A stretch of 63,193 bases of DNA, counting the filler, from Vezdaea acicularis (taxonomy: Eukaryota): the NCBI GenBank assembly GCA_026025075.1. It is 7 parts of 7 records of this genome, joined end to end, with 100 filler letters (N's around TTAATTAATTAA, not from the genome) between each part and the next. Parts side by side here need not be neighbours in the genome. Positions count along the whole stretch, not along the records: positions 28,363 to 37,066 come from JAPEUI010000270.1; positions 37,167 to 45,849 come from JAPEUI010000271.1; positions 45,950 to 54,521 come from JAPEUI010000272.1; 4 more parts are not named here. One strand, given 5' to 3'. The translations under genes were made by a program, and so were the position numbers. The notes under the pieces were generated by a model, which saw only the letters and a list, made by a program, of their open reading frames with translations, was not told the DNA's origin and searched no databases. Positions 35,852 through 48,900 of the stretch are shown one piece after another (within the stretch, counting starts at the first letter, position 1; every line of letters begins with the position of its first letter).

Positions 35852-36869
35852 ATGCCCCCCACAAAAACGGAGCCCTCCACCAACGAAAAATCATTCGTCC
35901 TCGCCGCGCTCTCCTCGCGCCTGCGCCTCGACGGGCGAGACCCGCTATCCTACCGGCAGCTGAGCATATCCTTCCCCTCAACGTACGGATCTGTCGACCT
36001 ATCCCTCGGCAAGACGCGGTATGAGACCCCTCTCAACCCCCACAAGCCCCCCAAGCTAACCCCATCCAAGCATCCTAACCAGCACCCACCTCACCCTCGC
36101 AGCCCCCCACCCCCTCCGCCCCCTCGACGGACTCTTCACCATCTCCCTACAACTCTCCCCGCAAACCTCCCCTTCGTACCCCGCCCACTCAACGTCCCAC
36201 ACCCAAAACCTCTCCCCCCAACTAACCCGCCTCCTCGAAAAAAGCCTCATCCGCGCCCCCGCCATCTCGACCGAATCCCTCTGCCTCCTCGCCGGACAGC
36301 GCGTCTGGTCCCTAACACTAACCATCCACATTCTGTCCGACTCCGGCAACCTCCCCGACGCCATTGGCCTTGCCGCCATCGCGACGCTCCTCCACGCCCG
36401 CCTCCCCGTCACCGAAGTCCGCGGCGGCGAGGTCACCCTTTGGAGCGTCCGCGAACGGGTGCCCCAGGCTTTAGGCGTACTGCGCGTGCCCATCACGATT
36501 ACCTTCACGTTCATCCAGCCGAATAGTCCCGACGCCGCAGCCCCAGACCCTAGCGACGGTATGGATGACGAGGCCGCAGCAACGCCCACAGCAACCGACC
36601 AACAACTCATCCTTCTCGACGCCACACCCCTCGAAGAAAGCGTCAGCGTGGCGCGCCTGAGCGTCACAGCCACAGCACAGGGGGAAGTAGTGGGCATATC
36701 TCTACTCGGCGGCGGCCCCGTCGAGGCGGTGCTGCTCCTGCGGTGTGCGGAGCTGGCGGTGCGGAAGGCGGGGGAGTTGACGGGGTGGCTGAGGGGGGAG
36801 GTGGACCGGGATTTGGAGAGGAGGGATGGGGTTGTAGTCAGGGAGGGCGGGGCCGAGAATGAGCGGTGA
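35852..36869 (+). CDS. RRP45: exosome core subunit Rrp45 (RNase PH-like)
   Basis: Exons 35852-36018 and 36071-36869. Motifs STNEKSFVLAAL..RLRLDGR, V.LSLGKTR, RLLEKS, TESLCLLAGQRVWS, DSGNLPDA and C-terminal AENER. Confidence 0.88.
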
Positions 36870-37066
36870 GTGCTTGGTTGGGGGGCGCTTTGGGTTTGGG
36901 GGCGAGTTTGGGGAGAGAAGGGGAAGAGGGTTTCACTTAGTTGGGCATGGACGGGAAGAGCATTCCAGGCGTTCTGGGCCAGTATGTCGCAACGGCGGCG
37001 GGCAGGTCAGATCCACCCATACACAGCGCATAGCAAGCAAAGCAACCGCGCAACCCAAGCTCCAAC

Positions 37067-37166
37067 NNNNNNNNNNNNNNNNNNNNNNNNNNNNNNNNNN
37101 NNNNNNNNNNTTAATTAATTAANNNNNNNNNNNNNNNNNNNNNNNNNNNNNNNNNNNNNNNNNNNN
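37067..37166. other. artificial contig linker
   Basis: N44-TTAATTAATTAA-N44. Confidence 0.99.
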
Positions 37167-40100
37167 CCGCTAGGCACGGTCCGGCGACCATCACCGTCCT
37201 GCCCCTGCATTACGCCCGATTGCCTTCTGTTTCAAAGGCAAGACCGTCGAGAAGGGAGCACGTGGAGAGACGAGCAATATATACCTCTCGTGGGCAAGGC
37301 GGACGTCGATCAAGGACGAGGCGGCCAATCAGCAGGGAGATCTTGCATGCGAAACCATAGCCGTGGGCGATCGGTACCAAGGACAAGGCCGCGAGCGCGT
37401 CGCTGCAGCAGGGCAGCCAGTGGAGAGGAAGTACCGCTACCATGGTAGAGACACGCGAGCGCTCAGAGGAGCGTCGGCGAATCCGGCGACGGCGTTGCTT
37501 CCAAGGCGACAGATAGGAGGGCTTCCAGAACGTGTTTTCTGGACTGTTGTGGGGGGGGGTGGCTGTCGGATGCTTGCGGGGACCCTTTCCTCCCCCCTAT
37601 CTTTCAGGGTCCACGTCAGAACGTAGATGGCGTGCTGCGCGGGTGTTACCTATGGCTGGTCGGTGCATGCTAAGGTGAAAGCTCGGGGCGAGGGCTGGAA
37701 CGGCGAGCGACGCACGGTCCACGACCTTGAGCAAACGTCAGCCTGCCCGCTCTCTCGTACAATCCGATAAGAGGATAACTCGGAGATATGCATCAGTCGC
37801 CATGCCGTAATCGTGAAGGCAGAGGCGGTCTCTCTTTCGCTGTCTCCCTCTTCTATCTCTCTCTCCCTTCTCGTCTGCGAGAACCCTGGGGGACTGTGGC
37901 GACTGAGGCTCTGACGTGGCTGACCCTGCGTTGGCCGTGTTGAGACCAGCCTTTCCCAATCGGCACTTTGACGACGGAAAACTTTTCACTCGCGCCGGCT
38001 TGTTCCTGCATTCGGTAGTCAATCTGATACAACGATACGACCGTGACGAGATTTTCTGGTTTGGAGGCTCTGACGTGTCAGGTGTCGATCCTCAACTCTA
38101 GCTACCGTTGGGAGATCGCTGGTGCGTGAGTGGGCTGGCGCCGGGAATTGTCGGAGGGAATCGCGATTGGTCTATTATTGTTAGCTCCGGCAGAAAATCA
38201 CCTCCGCTCGAGTGAGAATCGAGCAAGCTTACTCTAAGTGCGGAGAGTGGGTTTTGTTTGAGGCCATTGATGTTGATTCACCATGGTTATACCTCCAGAG
38301 CCCATCGAACCCATACCGGAGGATAGTTGGTCATCCACGTGGCAAGACTCTTACCCATATTTGTGTGGAAAAGGCGGTGAGGTGGCCGCAGACGGTGCTC
38401 AGTCGGATGGTTGATCGCTTGCCATTCTGGAGAACTGCTGCAGATCAACAGAAGCCAGACCTCTTGTCGGCGAGACGGGGGCCATAAAGCGCGGGGTGTG
38501 AGGGTTGCCGACGATAGATCAGATTTGACCAAAAAGCTGGAGGAGCCGTGTACGGCGCATGGAGACCTCCCCGAGGCATGGCCGGAGGAGGTATGACTGA
38601 TTGGACCCGCTCGCCGCGGCGGTCAACGGGCGGGGACGGTCATGGCCGCGTCCGTCGGCCGTACCAATGAGACGAATGGAGATATCTGGAGAAAGGCAAT
38701 GAGGCACAGGCAGCTTCTCTTGCCAATGACCGTGAGGCAGACGCACATGCACAACATCGTTCACAACCTGCTGCATAGGCCGGCGCATGTTGCTGGGTGG
38801 TGCTTCGTCTCTCCGCTGACGACTCCTGGCCGCTGACTCGCTCGTTGTGGGTTCAAATGTGCCTTGATGGAATCATGGCAGACTCCCGGGCGGAGGTGGT
38901 TTTGTTTATCTTCACGATAGTTCTGGTCCCCCACCCTTCTCGGTGTTCCGATGAGGACCGAAGGCATTGTGGCGGCGGAAGGATTCGTGAGTGATGGAAT
39001 ATAGTTTGCTTCGGACAACGGTCCTGTAAATACATCCGCGCCTTGCATGCGGCCACTATTGGCATCCTGTCGTCGCATCCTCGCAGCGGCGGGCAACCAA
39101 GGGAAGGGCATGATGAGCGTTCCGCAGATGGGGATTTATCATCCCTCTCCCTGCTGCCTACCCGAGGGAGGTTGCAGGGATCTGGCGGGGGCTATCAGCT
39201 GCCAACGTCACTATCAAGAGCGTTCCCTTCCAGCCAGCTTCATTGCCGTGGAGAGAGCATCGAGGGAAAAAAGAAATGAAATCTTTTCCCATCCATTTCA
39301 ATCCTTCGTCTCGACCATCATTGCCCCGTTTGCGTCGTTCGGCCGTCTTCCCCATCATCGCCGTCGCCCGTCGCGCTAACTGGGCAGCTTGCGTCTCTCC
39401 CCTCCGCATTTTCGACCTCTCACGGCGCTCGCTATTCTCAAAGAAGTTCAGCGTCATGACGGCCACACCCGATTCGACGACGAAGCATCGCAAGATGATC
39501 ACTGGCTGACGATGTTAGACTCTCTCGTCCTCTGCCTCTTGTCGGCGTCGCACATCTCTCACATCTCACCCGTCACGCATTCGGTTCCCTATCTGGTTCT
39601 TCATTTGTTCATGAATCCTTCGATGAACCAGGCCCGATGAGCTGCTATCAAATAATGGCCCTCCTCCCTGTCGGCCGGCCAATCACGGGGACCGCCTGAG
39701 GCAATTCCCATCGCGGCAGCCAGTCGTTCCCCTCGCCGTCCCCCCCTTCCGCAGCTGGGGTTCCTAGGAGTCACGTCGCTTCAATGCTCGAATGGCATCG
39801 AATGAGGCGCCCGACCCTACCCACACCTCGTATGGCTCGAAACTTTGAATGGGCCAAGCTGGAGAAGGAGGATGACTGGAGCCGACACCACGGCTAGGGA
39901 GAGCAGTGCGTCTGCGGTGCTCTTCGACCAATGGTGCTCTGAGGGAGGTGTGGCTTGCCATGTGTTTGGTGCAACGAGCAGAGCTTGGCTTGCCGTCCTA
40001 TCCTCAAACCCAGATCAGTGGGAAGTGGGAAAGACACGGCTTGGCACGAGTCATATGCCGTCAATCGATGTTGTGACGGCCCTCCGACGAGCAAGGACGG

Positions 40101-41597
40101 CGGATGCGTCCGAAGCTCACGATACGGAGCTGAGGCTGGTGAGACGGGAGAGAGTACAGTAGGGCTCTTAGTCGGCCGACTTTCCGTCATCGCACCTCAG
40201 TTAGGACGCGGGATCATAGTGTACGCCCGAGAGGCCTAGTCTGTCGAGTGCGTACAAGGACTGACAAGAGAAACGGGGCAAGATAGAGATGGCATGGTCC
40301 ATCAACACTATCCCCATATGCGTAGTCAGCACGAAAGACGAGAGACGAAAGACGACGAAACACAATGCATGCGTGAGGGTGTGAGGCCCTCAGCCGGCCA
40401 GCAGCCCCTCTGACCGCTTTGAAATTACCGTAGATATATTGGGGATTGGAGTGGAACATACCCCCGAGCAACGCACGCCCCACCCTGCCCTCGGGCGAGA
40501 TACCGTACACGAAGAAGGAAAAGACTAGTTTGGCAATAAGAAAGACGAGAGGGCGCGGCGTAAGAGGAGAGGAAAGCGAGAGCGACCACGACGACGAGCT
40601 GCTGCGACGGTGGCACACTGCACAGCGCCTCAGCTTCGTTGCGTTGCGTTGCGTTGCTCTGCTTTTGCTACTTTTGCTGCTTTCGTTATTTGACCTTCCG
40701 CCTTCCCACCTCCCTCTCCCCTCCTGCCCTCTGCCTGCCTGCTTGCCTAGCTGCTACTTGCCTTGCCCTGCTGTCGGCGTATGCACAAGCCGTCGTCCAT
40801 CTTCGATCTCCCATCTGTCCCTTCGGCGGATTGGCAAAAGGCAACTCGCCCCTCTGCCTCTTCCCATCCAACTTCACTCTTAACTTGCAACTCGACCGTC
40901 GCCGCCTAATCCGGCGTCCGGGTTTTTTTCCTCGTCATCCCGCGAAGAGGGCGCCCGCCCTCACGAACCGTTCGCTCGGAGTCGTGGCCCACGGTCACCT
41001 CATCCCGACTCTTTCCCTTGCTGCTGCTCAGCGTCCAGCGTCAGCACTCTCCTCCTCCCCACGTACGCCGACTCCCTTACACCCTCTTCCCTCCCTCCAC
41101 CCCACCGCCGACCACACAACCCGGTCAGGCAGCGCCGGAATGACTCTGGTTGCCTAACTAATCAGCTTGCGTCCTAAAACACCAACCTGCGCCGCTTCCT
41201 TCTCTTTTTTTCCATCCTCCTCTCCCGTCTTCTCTTGACTCCTCGCTCAACCCCGCCATCGTCGACTCGACCCCTCCGCCAGAGTCTTGCCCGCGTCCAA
41301 CCCTCGACCTCTCACTCCTCCCTCTCAATCCTATCCCTTCGTCCTTGACCTGGATGGAAGCGCAACGTTACGTTCGAGTTGTCGTCCTACGACTGTAACG
41401 TCTGTCAACGATCGCTCCCGTCGCTGCCGCGCGCCAGGGTAGCCATAGGCGCAGCAGCTCCCGGAGGCTTATCGCGACGCTCAGCCCCACCAAACGATTT
41501 CGCTAAAATATCGTCGCCCTCGTCACGGTTGCCCTCGACGCAAATCATCGTCCTCTAGCCCGAGCGTGCTTGCTCGAGCATCTTGACGACCGTTGCC

Positions 41598-43403
41598 ATG
41601 GCCTACGAGAGCGCTCCTCGGGCGGCTTACGTCGAGGACTACAACTCCGACACCAATGACACGCTTCCGGAGACCAAGCGACAGGCCAGTACCAAACGTA
41701 AGTCTGGTGTCCAAGCCAACGGCGATGGGCACTCCGACTCAGGCTATTCATCGCACACAGCAGCGACCGTCAATTCGGCAGAGTCCAACCCAGAGAAACG
41801 ATATACCATACCAAGGCTCAACGGCAACAATGTCGACCAATCGCCAAAACGTCGCCCTGAGCGCCGACCTATCATAACAAGTCGAGAAGACACTACAAGA
41901 CAAGTCGATCCGCCGCAGCGGTCACCCCAGAAACTGTCGAGATCCGCCTCGACCCGAAATTCTCGCAAAGCACACCAAAAAGCTTGCGAAGATCCTCACT
42001 GTCCCGACTGCAGACCTCGTGCCGAGCGGAGAGCATCGCAGCAATCTCCATTAGATCGTCCGATGGACGTGAATTATCCTCCGTTCAACAACTATCCGCT
42101 CGGCCCTCCCTCTCCAAACTCCTCACGACGCCACATGGCCCCCCAATATCCGCGTGAAGCTCCAGTTGCTCCCGTCCCGGTACGACCGCGACTGATCGAG
42201 GGTTCTGGCCGCCCCCGTCCGACGAGCTTTCACCCTGGATCGTACGGAGAAATGCCAGCATACGTAGGACAACCATATGGTATGGAGGTTGGACCGCCAC
42301 CCTCGAGATCTGCCTATGTCAACGCGTCACCATTTCCTCCGCCGTCCTATCCTCCCCCAGGCGCCGCCGTATACATGGTGCCCCAGCCTCAACCTCAGTA
42401 CGACATGGCGCCTGTGCTTCGCCCGCGACCTCAACCTGTTCACTATCCTACTGAGCCGTATGGTACTTCACCTTATGGTCCCTCGTCTTATGGCTACGGG
42501 CGGCCGGTGATCGAACAGAGTATCCCGCAACCACCACCACAAACAACACACCCATCGGCCGCCTCGATGGCTCGGAGGAATTCCACACGTGAAGCTCCGA
42601 GCGAGCGTTATTACGAGCCAAGAGACGAGGACTATTATCGGAATATGCCACCTCCACCCATCCCTGCGAAAAGTCGACCTGCGGTTCACCAGACGACTTC
42701 CGCTAGAGAGATCAGCCGGCCCATGTCCGTTCAACCGAATGCCCGCACCATTATTCCCGAGCGAACGAGATCACAATCCCAAGCTCGACCATCAAATGGG
42801 AGGAAAGCAGCGTCGTACACTGTCGGTCAGAATGACACGTCAGCAGATGCCTATGCCCGACGACGTACGACCGTCTATGGTGACATGGCTGCTTTTGATA
42901 TGGAAATGGAGGCCGAGGCTTACCAAGAAAAGTTTACAAAGCCGGCACCGCTCACTGCGGAGTCCCTCAAAGCAGCCAAGAAAAGTCGCAGCCGCCGAGC
43001 GCCCAGCGATACTCAGTCACAGAGCCGGAGCCGGAGCAGCCGTGAAGAGAGCGAAATCAAAGCGGGTCGCTCAGAGGCCGAAAGTTTCACCATGAAGTTT
43101 GCACAAGGTGCGAATATAAAGTTGGACCTTAAGGGAGACATGGGTGATCGAACCATCTCGTTCCGCCCAAATGCGGACGGCGAACATGAGGTTTCCATCG
43201 AATCCAACCGATCGAAATACATCGAACGCATGAGTGGAACGGCTTCACAATACGAGGCAATTGAAGGTGGAAGACGCGAAGTACGAGAGATAGAAGACAC
43301 CAGGCAAGACACCAGGCGGAGTCGTGAAATGAGGACACCAAATCGCAGCCGGAGGTCGAGCAAGTCTGCTTACAGTAGAGCGGAAATTGCCAATTGGCTT
43401 TAA
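41598..43403 (+). CDS. Pro/Ser/Arg-rich intrinsically disordered hypothetical protein
   Basis: Uninterrupted 601-aa ORF from ATG 41598 in good context (GCCATGG). Motifs AYVEDY, DSGYSS, CEDPHCPDC, RPTSFH and EAEAYQ. Confidence 0.8.
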   Translation: MAYESAPRAAYVEDYNSDTNDTLPETKRQASTKRKSGVQANGDGHSDSGYSSHTAATVNSAESNPEKRYTIPRLNGNNVDQSPKRRPERRPIITSREDTTRQVDPPQRSPQKLSRSASTRNSRKAHQKACEDPHCPDCRPRAERRASQQSPLDRPMDVNYPPFNNYPLGPPSPNSSRRHMAPQYPREAPVAPVPVRPRLIEGSGRPRPTSFHPGSYGEMPAYVGQPYGMEVGPPPSRSAYVNASPFPPPSYPPPGAAVYMVPQPQPQYDMAPVLRPRPQPVHYPTEPYGTSPYGPSSYGYGRPVIEQSIPQPPPQTTHPSAASMARRNSTREAPSERYYEPRDEDYYRNMPPPPIPAKSRPAVHQTTSAREISRPMSVQPNARTIIPERTRSQSQARPSNGRKAASYTVGQNDTSADAYARRRTTVYGDMAAFDMEMEAEAYQEKFTKPAPLTAESLKAAKKSRSRRAPSDTQSQSRSRSSREESEIKAGRSEAESFTMKFAQGANIKLDLKGDMGDRTISFRPNADGEHEVSIESNRSKYIERMSGTASQYEAIEGGRREVREIEDTRQDTRRSREMRTPNRSRRSSKSAYSRAEIANWL

Positions 43404-44427
43404 TAGTTGTTCTTGCGGTTGCTTTTCATTCCGGTCGTGTATGGCACTTTTCTGCGCTTACGTTTCTCATTGTTCATCATTCACCACTCATCATTCATCA
43501 GACCTTTTTTTGGGTGGTTTCTCTGCAACCAAAAGTCCACAAAAAAGAACGAAAGAAAGAAGAGAAAAGTTCTCTTTCCTTACGCTGGATCTGGCAGAGA
43601 TGGCTTGTTGGTGCGAATCACGATTGTCTGCATAATGACGTTCTGAGCAAGCGACTTGCGTATTGTTTTATAGTGTCTTACGGGTATAAGTTGAGAGCTC
43701 GGGGCATATCGCTCTCGATAGGCCCCTTGCTTCGGCGAAACAGCATATGGTTCTGCATTTATACCCCCCCCTGCTTCTGTCTTTCATCTTCATATAGAGC
43801 CATTTAGCTACCAAGACGTCTTTTGTGGATGTATGGTTTCAGCACTCATCATTGCCCTTCACTGGGTCGCGTAATGGCTCTCGATGATTATTGAGAGTGA
43901 TGGGGGATGGATGAAGGGAAAATGTTGAATGCGGAAGAAGTCCGCTAAACTTGACGAGAATCAAAGCAATGCGAACAGGACACTTTTCGATGGCCTTCAG
44001 CTTCTATGACATTGTGAGAAAAGTGACCGATAAATTCATCCAGCGCGCTTGCCGGCTATGGTAGGGAACGGGTAAGCCCGCGTTTAGCGCGCCGCCGTTA
44101 CCCAGCCAACTCGCGCTCCAAAACAAAGCGTCATCCCCAGCCACCAACCTAGCAAATCCCCACCACCGACTTTTGAGAACAACTGTTCGGCCCCGTTCTT
44201 GGGACCTCTGTTCAGACCCACCTCTCTGACTATTTATCTCCACCGGAAAATATGCTCCACACATCCTAATACATACGAAAACTTCAACCTCTTACCGTCA
44301 TATTGACAACCATCAACCCAAAAGGACTACATTCAAATCAGAGCACCCTCCAATTTGCTTGAGGGCTTACCACCTCTCAGACTAGAGCTTTGGCTCAAGG
44401 TCAACCCACCCCTTCGCCTTCGATGAG

Positions 44428-45684
44428 ATGGCACCCCTTCCAGCTGCGGTTACCTCCTCCCTCAGTCAAGGCCTGTCGGGCGCACTGAACCTCATCCCTC
44501 GAAGCCTGAGCGATCTAGCTGATACGGCTGAAGCTCGAGACTTCCGGTTATCGTTCGACCTCAGTCCCCGCAGTCACATCTTTGGTGACCTCGACTCAGC
44601 CGTCCCCGGTAAAATATCTAAACTCAAAAACAGAATTTACAACGACTTTTGCAATGTCGTCGTCCCTAAAGTCGTTGCGGCGCTCATACCCCGCTCGACA
44701 CCCCCAACAGCCGCCTTGTCGCCGTCCGCTGTCAACCTCATAGCCCGCAGCAAGGACGCAGCGCCCACCGTCAACCACGGCGCCGGAAGCATCAATCCAA
44801 CGAAGGTCAACAACAAGGGCATGCTCGGGCTCTTTGGCCTCCTCTTCGCCGCGCTGATACTACTAGCGATCTGGTTCTTCTTCTGGGCCAAGAACGGCGG
44901 CTTCATCTACCGTGAAGGGGACTGGGAGGAGTATAAGAGCACCGTGCTACGACGCAAGACCGTAGACGGCAAGACGCTCTCGAATGCCACCAAGAGCACG
45001 AAGTTGGGCCAGAGCAGTGTAAGTGGCGAATACGACGCTCACGACATGGTTCACCACGAGGTCGGGCGCGACAACGACGTCCGCGAGTACCGCCATGAGA
45101 AGCCAGCCCGTGTCGGCGGTATCAACCGCAAGCCCGACGGTAGCTACTACGACCACACCAACACCGACCGCTCGGAGATCATGACCGAGAAGGCTCCGCC
45201 ATCCAAGGCGCCCACCAAGAAGTCAGGCGGTTGGTTCAGCAGGGCGAAGAAGGTTGAGAAGAAGAAAGCACCCGCACCTAGACAGCCCAGCACGACATAC
45301 TCCTTCACCGAAGGTGACGACAGCACCGTCGCTGGCTCCGAGGACCGCCGTCCCCTCCGCTCATCCCCGCGGCATGCCCGCTATGGAGAAGGTCGCTCTC
45401 GTCACCACTCCCCTAGTCGACACTCCCGCCACAGCCATCCGCTTCGAGAGGAGTATACGGAGTATGGCAGCGAGGCCGGCACCAACCCGTACGAGGACAC
45501 CTACACGGACAACTCCGGCGACCTGGGCACCAAATCGTACAGACACGTAATCCCCGGCTTGAGCGCAGGTACCAGGACCGAATTGGCTGAGACCCGGCCG
45601 AGTAGAGCTAGGGGAGGCTTCCGGCGCGGAGGCGGCGGGCGACGAGATAGTCTCAGCGATAGCGAGGGCGAGACGCAGCGATAA
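44428..45684 (+). CDS. single-pass membrane protein of a conserved fungal type, unknown function
   Basis: 418-aa ORF with one TM segment (GMLGLFGLLFAALILLAIWFFFW) followed by KNGGF..REGDWEEYKSTVLRRK, YRHEKPARVGGINR and terminal RRDSLSDSE. Confidence 0.82.
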   Translation: MAPLPAAVTSSLSQGLSGALNLIPRSLSDLADTAEARDFRLSFDLSPRSHIFGDLDSAVPGKISKLKNRIYNDFCNVVVPKVVAALIPRSTPPTAALSPSAVNLIARSKDAAPTVNHGAGSINPTKVNNKGMLGLFGLLFAALILLAIWFFFWAKNGGFIYREGDWEEYKSTVLRRKTVDGKTLSNATKSTKLGQSSVSGEYDAHDMVHHEVGRDNDVREYRHEKPARVGGINRKPDGSYYDHTNTDRSEIMTEKAPPSKAPTKKSGGWFSRAKKVEKKKAPAPRQPSTTYSFTEGDDSTVAGSEDRRPLRSSPRHARYGEGRSRHHSPSRHSRHSHPLREEYTEYGSEAGTNPYEDTYTDNSGDLGTKSYRHVIPGLSAGTRTELAETRPSRARGGFRRGGGGRRDSLSDSEGETQR

Positions 45685-45849
45685 GGCCGGGCTATTATTG
45701 GCCTGGGGCACCTGTTGTGGGGGCTAGATATAGGAACTTGTATTTGCACTGTGGTAGCGGGAGCAGGTGAGCATCTGGTTTTGGGAAATCCCGATATGTT
45801 GTCGCGTCATGACTTCTGTTCCCGTATTGCGGCGGCGTCTGCTAAGGAT

Positions 45850-45949
45850 NNNNNNNNNNNNNNNNNNNNNNNNNNNNNNNNNNNNNNNNNNNNTTAATTA
45901 ATTAANNNNNNNNNNNNNNNNNNNNNNNNNNNNNNNNNNNNNNNNNNNN
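45850..45949. other. artificial contig linker
   Basis: N44-TTAATTAATTAA-N44. Confidence 0.99.
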
Positions 45950-48900
45950 TCGGCCTCAAGGAATGGATGAAGGCATACACAGAATGCACCCAATCCCCGC
46001 AATTCGATTTCGCTACCTTTCACGCCGAAGAACCCGAGTTTTGGATGGAATTCCCAAACCTGCTGGAACGACTGCTCCGCCGAAGGATCGAGTTTCGTGG
46101 TGGGGTCTACCACGGCCAATGCATCCAGGAACAGAAACACCTGTCCGAACTGGTCGAGCAGATCGGCCGAATCGCATCGAAGCATATGCAGCTCGACGTG
46201 GCGGCATTAGGACGGCTTGGGCTTAATGAAGAGCCGGATCCCTGCTCAATCCGCTTGGTCCGCAACGTCTCACTTGCTTTGAGCCCGGAGATTCCACTGT
46301 ACGCTACAGTTGCCGCACAGTTCGGTATCTCGTCGGACGATTTGATCATTGGTCTCGCGACAGATTTCGCCCTTAGACAAAACGTCTCGGGCACGCGGCT
46401 GTTGACGCAATATCTCCGTACCTTCTTGGACTGCAAGGCCCGATCTAACGTCGTCGATTTCGGCATATTATATGCGGTGGAACTTACCACAAAGCTGGTG
46501 GAGATTGCCAACTCGCAGTACTTTGAGCCACTGCCCGGTCATGGCAACGAGGAAGTGAACTTGTGGCACCAGTTGTTAATGGAATCAGTGGCCCTCTTTC
46601 GAGCGGTGGATGAGATTCTCCGGAACCTGGTGGACAAGCAAACACCTGCGCTCTCAAAGGAATTTAGCGACATGCTAGTACACCGAATGGAGATGCTTGC
46701 CTTCTCCATTGGCCGGTCGAACGATGCGGTGGTGCGGTCTTTTGCCAAAAACCTAATTCCATTACCAGACGAAGTGCTGCCGGACAGCATATCGATCATC
46801 ATATCTCAGGGATGGAAGTTCTCGATTTACAAAAAGTACATAATGAACGGGAGGATGGAAGTGAGGTCGAACGGAGTCGACTCAATGGCCCGGACTCTGG
46901 TGGACATGTACAAGGGCTACAACCAATCGAACGAGCACAAGCCAATACTGGCGTACATAGCCGATCTCATCCTGGACAACAAGCTGGTGCAATACATCGT
47001 GGGGGTCGACTCTCATCCAGAGCTCATATCCCAGAGCGCCAACATCATCGGGTTTCTTGCTGTCACCGGCAGGTACACCTCTGCGGAGACGGACGCAATC
47101 TGGATTAGGATTGGTGCCAGCCAAGACCTGAGAGCAGTTGCTGCCATTCTTCCAATGCTGAAATCCGTCGTCGGCCTTCTCCATTATTCGGACTTGTTGT
47201 ATCTATGTGAGAAAGTCTACGAGCTGCCGATGCGCTCGTTCGATGGCGTCATGAGAGATTTCACCACCGACCTGCTCAGGAAGACTCGCGATAAGCATAT
47301 AGAACGGGAAGTCAATGCAGAACTCGATTCACCGCCGTACGACCTGTGCATCAAGTTGATACGAGAAGCAGCGACGGATGGAGGGCCAAGCCAGGACGAT
47401 GCGGCTGCTGTGTACCAGTTTGCTCTTGCCGAGCTGAAAGAACTCGTCGCCTACGGCCCTTCAGAGCCCAATCGCGAGATCATATACCAAGATTGTATGA
47501 AGCACATCGAGGAGAAAACACCAAGTGCAACGGGCAGCATCTGCGCGATCAACACTTTCCTTAGCTATGATATGCGTCGCCCTGAGCGGAGTCGCGACAT
47601 GACGATGCTTACCGAAGACTTCAATCTCACGCAGCTACTGGTGGAGGAATTCTCTACGACCGTCGAACATGAACGCAGTAAAACACGCCATACTTTCCAA
47701 GTTGAAGTCGCAATGGCGACCCGTATCGAGCTCATTGGCCACATCATCGCGCAGGCTCCTTCTACGATCACGCCAGAACTTGGCGATAAGCTCTGGAAGT
47801 TTATCGTTGGCGATGCTGCTCTGGGAAGCTTAGAACGTGATCGCGCCTGGATGATGCTGTGCGACGTCTCCCGGAGAACAACGTCTAGGAATGTTTTCCT
47901 AGACCGATGCATCGATGTATATATTCCTCACGTGCCTCCGGAATGCTTTACAAAGGGGACGTTGAGCTACACGCAACAGACTATCGAGTATCTCGTCCGT
48001 CACAAAGCCCTGATGCAGTCGAGCGAGCATCAAATCATCGAGCTCCCAGGCGCCGAGCAGCTCTGGAAGATGGTCCTAAACTCGCCGCCTGGCACTATCG
48101 AGAACGAAGCAACAGACTATCTCGTCAAATTGAGCCTTGATATTTCCGTCATGAAGAGGGCTCCAAAGTCGGCAATCGAAGCAACCCACGTAGCCATCGT
48201 GGAGCGATGCATCCGGCAACTGATGGCGGCCGCTTCAAAGCTGAAAGCTTTTAGCGATGGGACGACCAGCGGAGACGATGAGCCGATGGTTGTGGTGACA
48301 ACAGAGGCGGAGATATTAAAGGAGGAGTTGAACTTCTCTCGCTCCTTGGTGCTCCTCCGAGAATTTCTTGGCGGTATGAAGGCAAGGCCTCAATATCACT
48401 CTCCACAGACTCGGACCATACGTGTTGAGAACCCCATCGAAACGATCAATGGGTCTCCCATCACCATACGTTATCAAAGCTTTGCGCCGGGCAGCCAGTC
48501 AATCATCCAAGAATTCGTGATTGGCGATCTTCAGAATCTAGAAGACCTCCACAAAGCTCTTGGTAAAGTCACGGGCTTCTCGCAATTCACGACGATAATG
48601 GGCGGGTGCCAGGTTGATTTGCTCGCTGACGCAGACGCGCTACTGCAAGACAAGTTTAGCAAAAATCCGCTGGCTCCGTTGATCCTTGTGAGAAAAGTGC
48701 ACGATCCAAATGAGCCTCAACAACCCCCAAGCTGGGATGGGCTGACGGCGGTTGAGCTCGAGCTGCTCAAACAGTTCGATCAGCTCTATGATCTGATGGG
48801 TCTTGAAGAAAAACTTGCCAAGGAGATTTGGCAACTTTTGGTCTCTTTTCCTGTGCAGGAACAAGTCCGGCGCGCAGTTCTCGACCCACAAGTCCCATAT

